A stretch of 63,971 nt of DNA, filler included, from 13 parts of 13 records of this genome joined end to end with filler, not necessarily neighbours in it; one strand, 5' to 3'. Numbered from the whole stretch's first letter, positions 24,937 through 35,814 are shown. Numbers and translations: made by a program. Notes: generated by a model from the sequence alone, not told the origin.

Positions 24937-26764
24937 ATGGCTCCCCGCAAACTCTCAGTAATGGTGAAGAAAGTTGCAATTCCAGACAGCACCGATGTCT
25001 GCGCCGCGGACAAGTCTGAGAAAGAAAACTGCGTCCCGAAGGATGATAACGTGGTAGATGATCACTGCGTCCCGCATTCGGATGAGAGCACCGAGAAAAA
25101 TGTACGCATGTGACATGCAAACATTGACTGCAGTTTTGAACGGGGCATTACGATGTGATACTGACCAAATGCAGTTGAAAACGCCAAAGTCCCGGAAGAA
25201 TGACATGGAAACTGCAAACAGCGTACGTTGCAAACGCCATCTTCTAATGAGCAACTTGAAAATAACTTTTCTAGTCTGGAGAGAGTCAGGAGTCTAATAA
25301 CGGTGGCGCAGCGACAGGTTCATCCCGATCGGGCTCTCAGGTAGTTCATCATCTGTGCTCATCTGGTTCAATGCAGATTCTCACAACTGTTCACAGGAAG
25401 ATCCAAAGCCTAAGGCAAAGAACCCTTATTGCTGGGGAAGAAGTCTGTTGCAATCGTGGTACTAAGTCATGCTCTATGAGGAATTCGTCTCACAATTCTT
25501 AGGCCCCAGCCTCTACGGACAAAGCGGCTGTGAAGAAGGGCTTGTCCAGCAAAGAGCCTAAGCCTGTGAAACAGAAGGCGGCGGGATCTTCAAAGCAGGT
25601 TCGTGGTGTTCGGAGTCTCCTCTCCAATAACATGAATGTAGGCTTCCGGAGTCGGCAAGGCGAAGGCGGCCGCACCCTCACAGCCCTCGGTCGCAGAGAC
25701 TACGCCGATGGACATCGAGCCTGCGGAGCCAGGCCATCTCTTGTTCCATCGTAACGCGTTCGTGGAGCTATCTCGTCTTCAGCCGGACATGCGTGTAGCA
25801 GACGCGCTCCCGTTTGTTCAGGACATGTGGACCAAACTTGACTCAAAGAAGCGTTCAGTATGTCTTCGCTTGTTCATCACGCGATTCTCACGTAATGGTG
25901 CAGTCGTATGCTCAACACGAGAAGGAGGACGTTCGTGTACGTTTGCGTGTCGAAGGGTGGACGTGTCTCTGATAAATGTGATGTAGGGCGGTGCAAAAGA
26001 AGCCAAGAAGGACGTGGGCAAACAGAAGGAAGAGAAAGACCCGGACGCCCCAAGCGGCCCACGACCAGCTACTTCTTCTTCATGAATGCAGTTCGTCCAC
26101 AGGTGGTGGCTGCGAACCCGTCTATCACACCGCAGGATTGCACCAAGCTGCTGAGCACTCGCTGGAAGGAGATGGCAGAGACCGAGCGTCAGGTACCAGC
26201 ATCGTGCGTTGGAGGAGGGATGCTCACATGTACGCTACATATTTTTAGACATATGTGGACATGGCGCAGAAAGACAAGGAACGCTATGATGCAGAAATGA
26301 AGGCATACACACCGGTACGACTGAGTCAGTCTGTTGAGACTTCGAAGTGCGCATGTGACGAGAGCTGTGTAGAAGAAGAAAGCCGCAGTGGAAGTTCTTT
26401 CTGACACAGGAGACAATGACGATGGAGCAACACCCGCTAAGGGGAAGAAGAAGGAGAAGGACCCCAACGCGCCCAAGAAAGCTCTCTCTGCGTACAACTT
26501 GTTCTGTGGTGCCAAACGCGCAGAGGTGAAGGAGCAGGACCCGAGCCTGTCGTTCGGTGCTATAGCTGCTCGGCTGGCGGCTATGTGGAAGGAAGCCTCG
26601 GACGCGGACAAGCAGGTATGGAGTGCATCCCACGTGCGAGCGTACCCAAGTGTAGCTCACAGTATTATGCTTCACAGGAATACGAAGCACAAGCCACAGC
26701 TGACAAGGAACGCTACGCGAAGGACATGAAAGCGTACCAAGAGAATCAGGCGACAGAAGCGTAG
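24937..26764 (+). CDS. Eukaryotic spliced gene: protein with two canonical and one degenerate HMG box; apparent 1-bp frameshift at 26048-26051
   Basis: Exons 24937-25101, 25175-25222, 25275-25340, (25397-25414?), 25503-25598, 25642-25857, 25904-25936, 25987-26192, 26249-26314, 26373-26615, 26678-26764, all phase 0. Boxes: KDPDAP/KRPTTSYFFF...RWKEM...DKERYDAEMKAY and KDPNAPKKALSAYNLF...MWKEA...DKERYAKDMKAY. Confidence 0.85.
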
Positions 26765-26905
26765 TACTAACAATAATAATGCATTTTACCATATAAGAAT
26801 CGACTGGCAACTAACATGTGTATATAACGCAACAAGCATAGGAATAAATACAGTACACAATGTCACACACACACTCCGAAGCATCTCTCGCACTACATGT
26901 ACGGC

Positions 26906-27064
26906 TCACAGGCGTTTGCGGCATGTGGCGGCACCACAGTTGCACACAATCCCCTGGCTGGCGGACGGGTTGGGGCTGGTTGAGGAGGGGTTGCCGTAGT
27001 CGTACGATAGCTCCTCTCCCGCTGCGATGGGCCGCTTCGAGAAGAAGGCCAGACGCGGAAAAAT
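26906..27064 (-). CDS. Last exon of a SET-domain histone lysine methyltransferase (SUV39/SETMAR-like) with post-SET motif
   Basis: After a CAG acceptor: IFPRLAFFSKRPIAAGEELSYDYG...CNCGAATCRKRL*; EELxYDY and CxCx4C motifs. Confidence 0.88.
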   Translation of the reverse strand: MFPRLAFFSKRPIAAGEELSYDYGNPSSTSPNPSASQGIVCNCGAATCRKRL

Positions 27065-27230
27065 CTGCGCGACACAGAGTGAGACAGCGCGCACAGCCGA
27101 CAACAGCAACAACAGGAACATACAACGCACACGCGGGACCCAAAACGGGACGCACCCACACCCACACGGCCACAAAGGGCCTTAGACACCCCACAGAGCG
27201 TTGCGCGTGCACACATACTTACATAAACCG

Positions 27231-27252
27231 CACACACACACACACACACACA
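27231..27252. repeat. (CA)11 microsatellite at contig end, within a SET-gene intron
   Basis: Read directly; abuts the spacer. Confidence 0.95.
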
Positions 27253-27352
27253 NNNNNNNNNNNNNNNNNNNNNNNNNNNNNNNNNNNNNNNNNNNNTTAA
27301 TTAATTAANNNNNNNNNNNNNNNNNNNNNNNNNNNNNNNNNNNNNNNNNNNN
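27253..27352. other. Assembly spacer (eukaryote to E. coli junction)
   Basis: 44N-TTAATTAATTAA-44N. Confidence 0.99.
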
Positions 27353-27978
27353 AAAAAATCGCCATGACCTGGGCCTACTCTCCAAGCTATGGCAAACCGC
27401 TCTCTGTACCACAAGGCATCATCGGTCTGATGACTCGCTTCGGTATGGATGTCACCCTGGCCCATCCGGAAGGCTACGACCTGATCCCGGATGTGGTTGA
27501 AGTGGCGAAAAACAATGCTAAAGCCTCCGGTGGTAGCTTCCGTCAGGTCACCAGCATGGAAGAAGCCTTCAAAGACGCAGACATCGTTTATCCGAAGTCA
27601 TGGGCACCTTACAAAGTGATGGAAGAGCGTACTGAATTGCTGCGTGCGAACGATCACGAAGGCTTAAAAGCACTGGAAAAACAGTGTCTGGCACAGAACG
27701 CGCAACACAAAGACTGGCATTGTACTGAAGAGATGATGGAACTGACCCGTGATGGCGAAGCCCTGTACATGCACTGCCTGCCAGCTGATATCAGCGGCGT
27801 ATCCTGTAAAGAAGGTGAAGTGACTGAAGGCGTATTCGAAAAATACCGTATCGCTACCTACAAAGAAGCCAGCTGGAAGCCTTATATCATCGCCGCGATG
27901 ATCCTGTCCCGTAAATACGCCAAACCAGGTGCACTGCTCGAGCAACTGCTGAAAGAAGCGCAAGAACGCGTGAAATAA
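27353..27978 (+). CDS. ygeW: Knotted carbamoyltransferase YgeW, C-terminal part
   Basis: YMHCLPAD transcarbamylase motif; precedes ygeX. Confidence 0.95.
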
Positions 27979-28035
27979 CCCCTCGGGCCGATCAGCTGGT
28001 CGGCCCTCTATTTCCAGAGGCCAAAAGGATAGGAT

Positions 28036-29232
28036 ATGTCCGTTTTCTCATTGAAGATTGATATCGCCGATAACAAATTTTTCAACGGCGAAACATCACC
28101 GCTCTTTTCGCAAAGCCAGGCCAAACTGGCGCGCCAGTTCCACCAGAAAATAGCTGGTTATCGCCCAACACCGCTTTGTGCGCTGGACGATCTCGCAAAC
28201 CTTTTTGGTGTGAAGAAAATTCTCGTCAAAGACGAATCAAAACGATTCGGTCTGAACGCCTTCAAAATGCTTGGCGGTGCGTACGCCATCGCTCAATTAT
28301 TGTGTGAAAAATATCATCTTGATATCGAAACGCTGTCATTTGAGCACCTGAAAAATGCCATCGGCGAAAAAATGACTTTCGCGACCACCACCGACGGCAA
28401 CCACGGGCGCGGTGTGGCGTGGGCAGCACAGCAACTCGGACAGAATGCGGTGATTTACATGCCGAAAGGTTCTGCTCAGGAACGCGTTGACGCCATTCTG
28501 AACCTCGGTGCCGAGTGCATCGTCACGGATATGAACTATGACGATACCGTTCGCCTGACCATGCAACACGCGCAGCAGCACGGCTGGGAAGTGGTACAGG
28601 ACACGGCATGGGAAGGTTACACCAAAATCCCAACCTGGATCATGCAAGGCTACGCAACCCTGGCAGATGAAGCCGTCGAGCAAATGCGTGAAATGGGCGT
28701 AACCCCGACGCACGTTCTGCTGCAAGCCGGTGTCGGAGCAATGGCCGGTGGTGTGCTGGGTTATCTGGTCGACGTCTATAGCCCGCAAAATCTGCACAGC
28801 ATTATTGTTGAACCTGACAAAGCTGACTGTATTTATCGCTCCGGCGTCAAAGGCGACATCGTCAACGTTGGCGGTGATATGGCCACCATCATGGCAGGCC
28901 TGGCCTGTGGCGAACCTAACCCGCTGGGCTGGGAAATCCTACGTAACTGCGCCACCCAATTCATCTCCTGCCAGGACAGCGTTGCCGCATTAGGTATGCG
29001 CGTGCTGGGTAATCCGTACGGCAACGACCCGCGCATCATCTCCGGTGAATCCGGCGCTGTCGGTTTGGGCGTTCTCGCAGCGGTTCATTATCACCCGCAA
29101 CGTCAAAGCCTGATGGAAAAACTGGCGCTGAACAAAGATGCCGTGGTGCTGGTTATCAGCACTGAAGGCGACACCGACGTGAAGCACTACCGCGAAGTTG
29201 TCTGGGAAGGCAAACACGCTGTAGCACCTTAA
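28036..29232 (+). CDS. ygeX: Diaminopropionate ammonia-lyase
   Basis: 398 aa, RFGLNAFKMLGG PLP motif, TDGNHGRG. Confidence 0.96.
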   Translation: MSVFSLKIDIADNKFFNGETSPLFSQSQAKLARQFHQKIAGYRPTPLCALDDLANLFGVKKILVKDESKRFGLNAFKMLGGAYAIAQLLCEKYHLDIETLSFEHLKNAIGEKMTFATTTDGNHGRGVAWAAQQLGQNAVIYMPKGSAQERVDAILNLGAECIVTDMNYDDTVRLTMQHAQQHGWEVVQDTAWEGYTKIPTWIMQGYATLADEAVEQMREMGVTPTHVLLQAGVGAMAGGVLGYLVDVYSPQNLHSIIVEPDKADCIYRSGVKGDIVNVGGDMATIMAGLACGEPNPLGWEILRNCATQFISCQDSVAALGMRVLGNPYGNDPRIISGESGAVGLGVLAAVHYHPQRQSLMEKLALNKDAVVLVISTEGDTDVKHYREVVWEGKHAVAP

Positions 29233-29289
29233 TCACCCTATTGGAACTGCTCCCTGCAAAACGGGGAGTAAAAAATCTGGAGAAAAATA

Positions 29290-30501
29290 ATGGCTAAGAA
29301 TATTCCATTCAAACTGATTCTTGAAAAAGCAAAAGATTACCAGGCGGATATGACTCGCTTCCTGCGCGACATGGTTGCTATTCCCAGTGAAAGCTGCGAC
29401 GAGAAACGCGTAGTACATCGTATTAAAGAAGAGATGGAAAAAGTCGGCTTCGATAAAGTTGAAATCGACCCGATGGGCAACGTTCTCGGTTATATCGGCC
29501 ACGGCCCGCGTCTGGTGGCAATGGACGCTCATATCGATACCGTCGGCATTGGCAACATCAAAAACTGGGACTTCGATCCGTACGAAGGCATGGAAACTGA
29601 TGAACTGATTGGTGGTCGCGGTACTTCCGACCAGGAAGGTGGCATGGCCTCTATGGTTTATGCCGGTAAAATCATTAAAGACCTCGGTCTGGAAGATGAA
29701 TATACCCTGCTGGTTACCGGTACGGTGCAGGAAGAAGACTGCGACGGTCTGTGCTGGCAGTACATTATTGAACAATCCGGCATTCGCCCGGAATTTGTGG
29801 TCAGTACCGAACCAACCGACTGCCAGGTATACCGTGGTCAGCGCGGTCGTATGGAAATTCGTATTGATGTTCAGGGTGTTAGCTGCCACGGTTCTGCACC
29901 AGAACGCGGTGATAACGCCATTTTCAAAATGGGTCCGATTCTTGGCGAATTACAAGAACTCTCCCAACGTCTGGGTTATGACGAATTCCTCGGCAAAGGC
30001 ACCCTCACCGTTTCTGAAATCTTCTTCACATCCCCAAGCCGTTGCGCTGTAGCAGACAGCTGCGCAGTTTCAATCGACCGTCGTCTGACCTGGGGCGAAA
30101 CCTGGGAAGGCGCGCTGGACGAAATCCGCGCCCTGCCTGCAGTACAGAAAGCTAACGCGGTTGTTTCTATGTACAACTACGACCGTCCGTCCTGGACTGG
30201 CCTGGTTTACCCAACCGAATGCTACTTCCCGACCTGGAAAGTGGAAGAAGATCACTTCACCGTTAAAGCACTGGTGAATGCCTACGAAGGGCTGTTTGGC
30301 AAAGCGCCGGTTGTTGATAAGTGGACCTTCTCAACTAACGGCGTATCTATCATGGGCCGTCACGGCATTCCGGTGATCGGCTTTGGCCCGGGTAAAGAAC
30401 CTGAAGCGCATGCACCTAACGAAAAAACCTGGAAATCTCACCTGGTGACCTGTGCCGCGATGTACGCTGCAATCCCGTTAAGCTGGCTGGCAACAGAGTA
30501 A
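29290..30501 (+). CDS. ygeY: M20-family metallo-hydrolase YgeY
   Basis: 403 aa, [21 protein letters not shown]. Confidence 0.96.
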
Positions 30502-30518
30502 TTACTCTTCACTTATTC

Positions 30519-30543
30519 CCCTCCGGTTCGCCGGAGGGTTTTT
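30519..30543 (+). terminator. Terminator-like hairpin between ygeY and hyuA
   Basis: CCCTCCGG-TTCG-CCGGAGGG followed by T5. Confidence 0.65.
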
Positions 30544-30553
30544 GGAGTTTGCT

Positions 30554-31939
30554 ATGCGCGTATTGATCAAAAACGGCACTGTCGTTAACGCAGATGGACA
30601 AGCCAAACAGGATTTGCTGATTGAAAGCGGGATTGTTCGCCAGTTGGGCAACAATATTTCGCCGCAGCTCCCGTATGAAGAAATTGATGCCACTGGCTGT
30701 TACGTTTTCCCTGGCGGCGTGGATGTCCATACGCATTTCAATATTGATGTCGGCATCGCGCGCAGTTGTGATGATTTTTTTACCGGTACCCGCGCAGCTG
30801 CGTGTGGCGGTACAACAACCATTATTGACCATATGGGATTTGGCCCAAACGGCTGTCGGTTACGCCATCAACTGGAGGTTTATCGTGGTTATGCCGCCCA
30901 TAAAGCGGTCATCGATTACAGCTTTCACGGTGTGATCCAGCACATTAATCACGCAATCCTCGACGAAATCCCGATGATAGTCGAGGAAGGACTGAGCAGT
31001 TTTAAACTCTATTTAACCTATCAATACAAACTCAACGATGACGAGGTTTTGCAGGCATTACGCCGCTTGCATGAATCCGGCGCGCTGACCACCGTGCACC
31101 CGGAAAATGATGCGGCTATCGCCAGCAAGCGGGCGGAATTTATCGCCGCAGGGTTAACCGCGCCGCGCTATCATGCCTTGAGTCGCCCTCTGGAATGCGA
31201 AGCGGAAGCCATCGCCCGCATGATTAACCTGGCACAAATTGCCGGTAACGCCCCGCTCTATATCGTGCACCTGTCTAACGGCTTAGGTCTGGATTATCTG
31301 CGTCTTGCCCGTGCGAATCACCAGCCAGTCTGGGTTGAAACCTGCCCACAATATCTCCTGTTGGACGAACGCAGTTACGATACAGAAGATGGCATGAAGT
31401 TCATTCTTAGCCCACCGCTGCGTAACGTACGCGAGCAGGACAAACTGTGGTGTGGCATCAGCGATGGTGCGATTGACGTGGTGGCAACCGATCACTGCAC
31501 CTTCTCGATGGCTCAACGCCTGCAAATTTCTAAAGGCGATTTCAGTCGCTGCCCAAATGGCTTACCCGGTGTGGAAAACCGCATGCAGTTACTGTTTTCC
31601 AGTGGCGTGATGACGGGACGTATAACACCGGAACGCTTTGTTGAATTAACCAGCGCAATGCCCGCCAGGTTGTTTGGCCTGTGGCCGCAAAAAGGATTAT
31701 TAGCGCCCGGTTCCGACGGCGACGTGGTGATTATCGACCCACGTCAGAGCCAACAAATTCAGCATCGCCATCTCCACGACAACGCCGACTACTCGCCATG
31801 GGAGGGTTTTACCTGTCAGGGCGCGATTGTCAGAACCTTATCCCGTGGTGAAACGATTTTCTGTGACGGCACCTTTACAGGCAAAGCCGGGCGAGGTCGT
31901 TTCCTGCGACGCAAACCGTTTGTCCCTCCCGTGCTCTAA
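30554..31939 (+). CDS. hyuA: D-phenylhydantoinase
   Basis: ATG at 30554 gives 461 aa; DVHTH, VATDHC amidohydrolase motifs. Confidence 0.96.
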   Translation: MRVLIKNGTVVNADGQAKQDLLIESGIVRQLGNNISPQLPYEEIDATGCYVFPGGVDVHTHFNIDVGIARSCDDFFTGTRAAACGGTTTIIDHMGFGPNGCRLRHQLEVYRGYAAHKAVIDYSFHGVIQHINHAILDEIPMIVEEGLSSFKLYLTYQYKLNDDEVLQALRRLHESGALTTVHPENDAAIASKRAEFIAAGLTAPRYHALSRPLECEAEAIARMINLAQIAGNAPLYIVHLSNGLGLDYLRLARANHQPVWVETCPQYLLLDERSYDTEDGMKFILSPPLRNVREQDKLWCGISDGAIDVVATDHCTFSMAQRLQISKGDFSRCPNGLPGVENRMQLLFSSGVMTGRITPERFVELTSAMPARLFGLWPQKGLLAPGSDGDVVIIDPRQSQQIQHRHLHDNADYSPWEGFTCQGAIVRTLSRGETIFCDGTFTGKAGRGRFLRRKPFVPPVL

Positions 31940-31986
31940 CCACTGCCAGGGATCTATACACAATCAAGAATGATGAGTGAGGAAAA

Positions 31987-32919
31987 ATGAGTAAGAAAAT
32001 TGTTCTCGCCCTGGGCGGGAATGCGCTGGGCGATGACCTGGCCGGGCAAATGAAAGCGGTAAAAATTACTTCTCAGGCAATTGTTGATTTAATTGCCCAG
32101 GGACATGAAGTTATCGTCACTCATGGTAACGGGCCGCAGGTGGGCATGATTAACCAGGCCTTTGAAGCTGCCGCAAAAACTGAAGCGCACTCGCCAATGC
32201 TGCCGATGTCTGTCTGTGTTGCATTAAGCCAGGGTTATATTGGTTACGATCTACAAAACGCTTTAAGAGAAGAACTGCTTTCTCGGGGCATTAATAAACC
32301 TGTAGCAACGCTGGTTACTCAGGTCGAAGTCGACGCTAACGATCCGGCATTCCTCAACCCGACCAAGCCGATCGGTTCGTTCTTTACCGAGCAAGAAGCA
32401 GAGCAACTGACAAAACAGGGTTACACTCTGAAAGAAGATGCTGGTCGCGGCTATCGCCGTGTTGTTGCCTCGCCAAAACCGGTTGATATCATTGAAAAAG
32501 AAACGGTTAAAGCTCTGGTAGATGCAGGTCAGGTGGTGATCACCGTTGGCGGTGGTGGTATCCCTGTTATTCGTGAAGGTAACCATCTGCGTGGTGCCAG
32601 CGCGGTTATCGATAAAGACTGGGCCAGCGCCCGTTTAGCAGAAATGATTGATGCCGATATGCTGATCATTCTGACTGCGGTAGAAAAAGTGGCCATTAAC
32701 TTCGGTAAAGAGAATGAACAGTGGCTCGATCGCCTGTCATTAAGTGATGCTGAACGCTTTATCGAAGAAGGTCATTTTGCGAAAGGTTCTATGCTGCCTA
32801 AAGTGGAAGCTGCCGCCTCGTTTGCTCGCTCTCGCGCAGGTCGTGAAGCACTGATTACCGTATTGAGCAAAGCGAAAGAAGGGATTGAAGGCAAAACAGG
32901 AACGGTGATTTGTCAGTAA
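31987..32919 (+). CDS. yqeA: Carbamate kinase-like protein YqeA
   Basis: 310 aa, ALGGNAL, HGNGPQVG, GSMLPKVEAA. Confidence 0.95.
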   Translation: MSKKIVLALGGNALGDDLAGQMKAVKITSQAIVDLIAQGHEVIVTHGNGPQVGMINQAFEAAAKTEAHSPMLPMSVCVALSQGYIGYDLQNALREELLSRGINKPVATLVTQVEVDANDPAFLNPTKPIGSFFTEQEAEQLTKQGYTLKEDAGRGYRRVVASPKPVDIIEKETVKALVDAGQVVITVGGGGIPVIREGNHLRGASAVIDKDWASARLAEMIDADMLIILTAVEKVAINFGKENEQWLDRLSLSDAERFIEEGHFAKGSMLPKVEAAASFARSRAGREALITVLSKAKEGIEGKTGTVICQ

Positions 32920-32981
32920 TTTAAAGGCCGGGTGGGTAATACCATCCGGCCAAAGATTGTCAAGTAAGTGCGCTTTGTTGA

Positions 32982-33078
32982 TGCCGGATGCGGCGCGAGC
33001 GCCTTATCCGTCCTACAAAACATCGCAAATTCAATAGATTGCAATGCACTTGTAGGCCTGATAAGCGTAGCGCATCAG
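32982..33078. repeat. REP/BIME element (BIME-1/RIP-like): two convergent REPs around an IHF-site-like linker
   Basis: TGCCGGATGCGGCGCGAGCGCCTTATCCGTCCTAC, linker AATTCAATAGATTGCA, then GTAGGCCTGATAAGCGTAGCGCATCAG cut by the contig end. Confidence 0.92.
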
Positions 33079-33178
33079 NNNNNNNNNNNNNNNNNNNNNN
33101 NNNNNNNNNNNNNNNNNNNNNNTTAATTAATTAANNNNNNNNNNNNNNNNNNNNNNNNNNNNNNNNNNNNNNNNNNNN
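33079..33178. other. Assembly spacer
   Basis: 44N-TTAATTAATTAA-44N. Confidence 0.99.
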
Positions 33179-34079
33179 AATCGCTGGTGCTGAAAGCCTG
33201 ATTTGCCACCATCTGCTGCATCTCATCCAGCCCTTTAAACAGCGAAACTGGTCCACCAATAACCCCCAGAATACCGAGAATAAATCCGCCAATACCCAGC
33301 ACGAGCACCGGATTTTTCATTTGATGCATCATCGCGTGCAACCGTGGTAAGCACCATACGGCGACCATCCCTGCTGCGATGGCAATCGCCGCGACAATTG
33401 CACCGCTGAGAATATCGGTCATTTCCATCTGTCCGTAATGAGCAATGGGCAGTGAAAAATGAGGATGGAAAAATAATCCGGTAGTAAGTGCACCAGCTGC
33501 TGCCGCCATTAACGGCGCAAAGAGACGATCCCATAGCGGAACTTCACTACTGCCATTTAAGGTTTGCGAAAATATCAACGCCGCCGCAACAGGAGTGCCA
33601 AACAGTGCGCCGATGGTTCCGGCAGAGGCTAAAATAGTCCACTCCATTCGGTTGACGCGCGGTAACAGACGAGCGCCAATGGCAACCGCAAGGGCGATAT
33701 TGACGGTCATGATCGGATGTTCCGGCCCCAGGCTGACGCCGCCAGCAAGACCGAGAATTAATGCTACGATAAGTCCAGGTAGCGCAGAGGGCGGAACCGG
33801 TGCGCCGATCAGCGGTTCACAGGCGGGGTCTGGTCCGGCATGACCCTGGCTGAAACGGATAACCAACCCCACCGCAATACCCGTTAGCGTTAATACACCG
33901 ATGATCCAGAGGGGTGAATCCTGGGCTATCCCCAGAGTTCCCGGCAGTCGTTGCCAGAGCAAATTCTGTAATACCGAGGCGATTTTCATCACCACAATCA
34001 GAATAAGACTGGACGCAATCCCAATTGCCACGGCGGGGAGCGATAATAACAACATGGTTCTGGCTCGCGGATGGAGCAT
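33179..34079 (-). CDS. yfeO: CLC-family ion-transport protein YfeO, 3'-truncated
   Basis: [13 protein letters not shown]-like motif; divergent from glk. Confidence 0.94.
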
Positions 34080-34282
34080 GTTCTATTCCTTATGCGGGGT
34101 CAGATACTTAGTTTGCCCAGCTTGCAAAAAGGCATCGCTGCAATTGGTGCTGAAACGATAAAGTAATTGTGTGACCCAGATCGATATTTACAGGGAGCCT
34201 GCCTTTCCGGCGTTGTTGTTATGCCCCCAGGTATTTACAGTGTGAGAAAGAATTATTTTGACTTTAGCGGAGCAGTTGAAGA

Positions 34283-35248
34283 ATGACAAAGTATGCATTA
34301 GTCGGTGATGTGGGCGGCACCAACGCACGTCTTGCTCTGTGTGATATTGCCAGTGGTGAAATCTCGCAGGCTAAGACCTATTCAGGGCTTGATTACCCCA
34401 GCCTCGAAGCGGTCATTCGCGTTTATCTTGAAGAACATAAGGTCGAGGTGAAAGACGGCTGTATTGCCATCGCTTGCCCAATTACCGGTGACTGGGTGGC
34501 GATGACCAACCATACCTGGGCGTTCTCAATTGCCGAAATGAAAAAGAATCTCGGTTTTAGCCATCTGGAAATTATTAACGATTTTACCGCTGTATCGATG
34601 GCGATCCCGATGCTGAAAAAAGAGCATCTGATTCAGTTTGGTGGCGCAGAACCGGTCGAAGGTAAGCCTATTGCGGTTTACGGTGCCGGAACGGGGCTTG
34701 GGGTTGCGCATCTGGTCCATGTCGATAAGCGTTGGGTAAGCTTGCCAGGCGAAGGCGGTCACGTTGATTTTGCGCCGAATAGTGAAGAAGAGGCCATTAT
34801 CCTCGAAATATTGCGTGCGGAAATTGGTCATGTTTCGGCGGAGCGCGTGCTTTCTGGCCCTGGGCTGGTGAATTTGTATCGCGCAATTGTGAAAGCTGAC
34901 AACCGCCTGCCAGAAAATCTCAAGCCAAAAGATATTACCGAACGCGCGCTGGCTGACAGCTGCACCGATTGCCGCCGCGCATTGTCGCTGTTTTGCGTCA
35001 TTATGGGCCGTTTTGGCGGCAATCTGGCGCTCAATCTCGGGACATTTGGCGGCGTGTTTATTGCGGGCGGTATCGTGCCGCGCTTCCTTGAGTTCTTCAA
35101 AGCCTCCGGTTTCCGTGCCGCATTTGAAGATAAAGGGCGCTTTAAAGAATATGTCCATGATATTCCGGTGTATCTCATCGTCCATGACAATCCGGGCCTT
35201 CTCGGTTCCGGTGCACATTTACGCCAGACCTTAGGTCACATTCTGTAA
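34283..35248 (+). CDS. glk: Glucokinase
   Basis: 321 aa, [22 protein letters not shown]. Confidence 0.99.
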   Translation: MTKYALVGDVGGTNARLALCDIASGEISQAKTYSGLDYPSLEAVIRVYLEEHKVEVKDGCIAIACPITGDWVAMTNHTWAFSIAEMKKNLGFSHLEIINDFTAVSMAIPMLKKEHLIQFGGAEPVEGKPIAVYGAGTGLGVAHLVHVDKRWVSLPGEGGHVDFAPNSEEEAIILEILRAEIGHVSAERVLSGPGLVNLYRAIVKADNRLPENLKPKDITERALADSCTDCRRALSLFCVIMGRFGGNLALNLGTFGGVFIAGGIVPRFLEFFKASGFRAAFEDKGRFKEYVHDIPVYLIVHDNPGLLGSGAHLRQTLGHIL

Positions 35249-35261
35249 ATCCTTCCTTTTA

Positions 35262-35285
35262 TATCGGGAGGTAACTCTCCCGATA
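35262..35285 (+). terminator. Hairpin downstream of glk
   Basis: TATCGGGAG-GTAACT-CTCCCGATA followed by ATCTTTT. Confidence 0.6.
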
Positions 35286-35466
35286 ATCTTTTAAATCATA
35301 CAGTTTATTCAATTTTTCTTTGTGTCCCCTCACAAGGTCGACCTGCGTCACACTTCCGTACAGCGGGATTAATTCTCCAGTAAATGCATTATTTGTCTGG
35401 TAACGGCGATTTGTTTTGCACGTTCATAATTTCACTCGTCAACTATCACTGAACGAGGAATTAACG

Positions 35467-35793
35467 ATGAGTAAGAAACTGATTGCCTTATGTGCCTGCC
35501 CGATGGGCCTGGCTCACACCTTTATGGCCGCTCAGGCGCTGGAAGAAGCGGCGGTAGAAGCCGGTTATGAAGTGAAAATTGAAACCCAGGGCGCGGACGG
35601 TATCCAGAATCGCCTGACGGCGCAGGATATCGCCGAAGCGACCATCATCATCCACTCCGTGGCAGTTACCCCGGAAGATAACGAACGTTTCGAATCACGC
35701 GACGTTTATGAAATCACTTTGCAGGACGCAATTAAAAACGCTGCGGGCATCATCAAAGAAATCGAAGAGATGATTGCCTCTGAACAACAGTAA
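35467..35793 (+). CDS. fryB: Fructose-like PTS EIIB component
   Basis: Start MSKKLIAL at 35467 after GAGGA; CPMGLAHT catalytic motif; 108 aa. Confidence 0.95.
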   Translation: MSKKLIALCACPMGLAHTFMAAQALEEAAVEAGYEVKIETQGADGIQNRLTAQDIAEATIIIHSVAVTPEDNERFESRDVYEITLQDAIKNAAGIIKEIEEMIASEQQ

Positions 35794-35814
35794 TATTCGA
35801 CAGGGATAATTGTT

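Noticed and set aside
18748..27352. Horizontal transfer between E. coli and a eukaryote
   Set aside because: All junctions are spacers; bacterial pieces keep operons, RBSs, terminators and REPs with no introns or amelioration.
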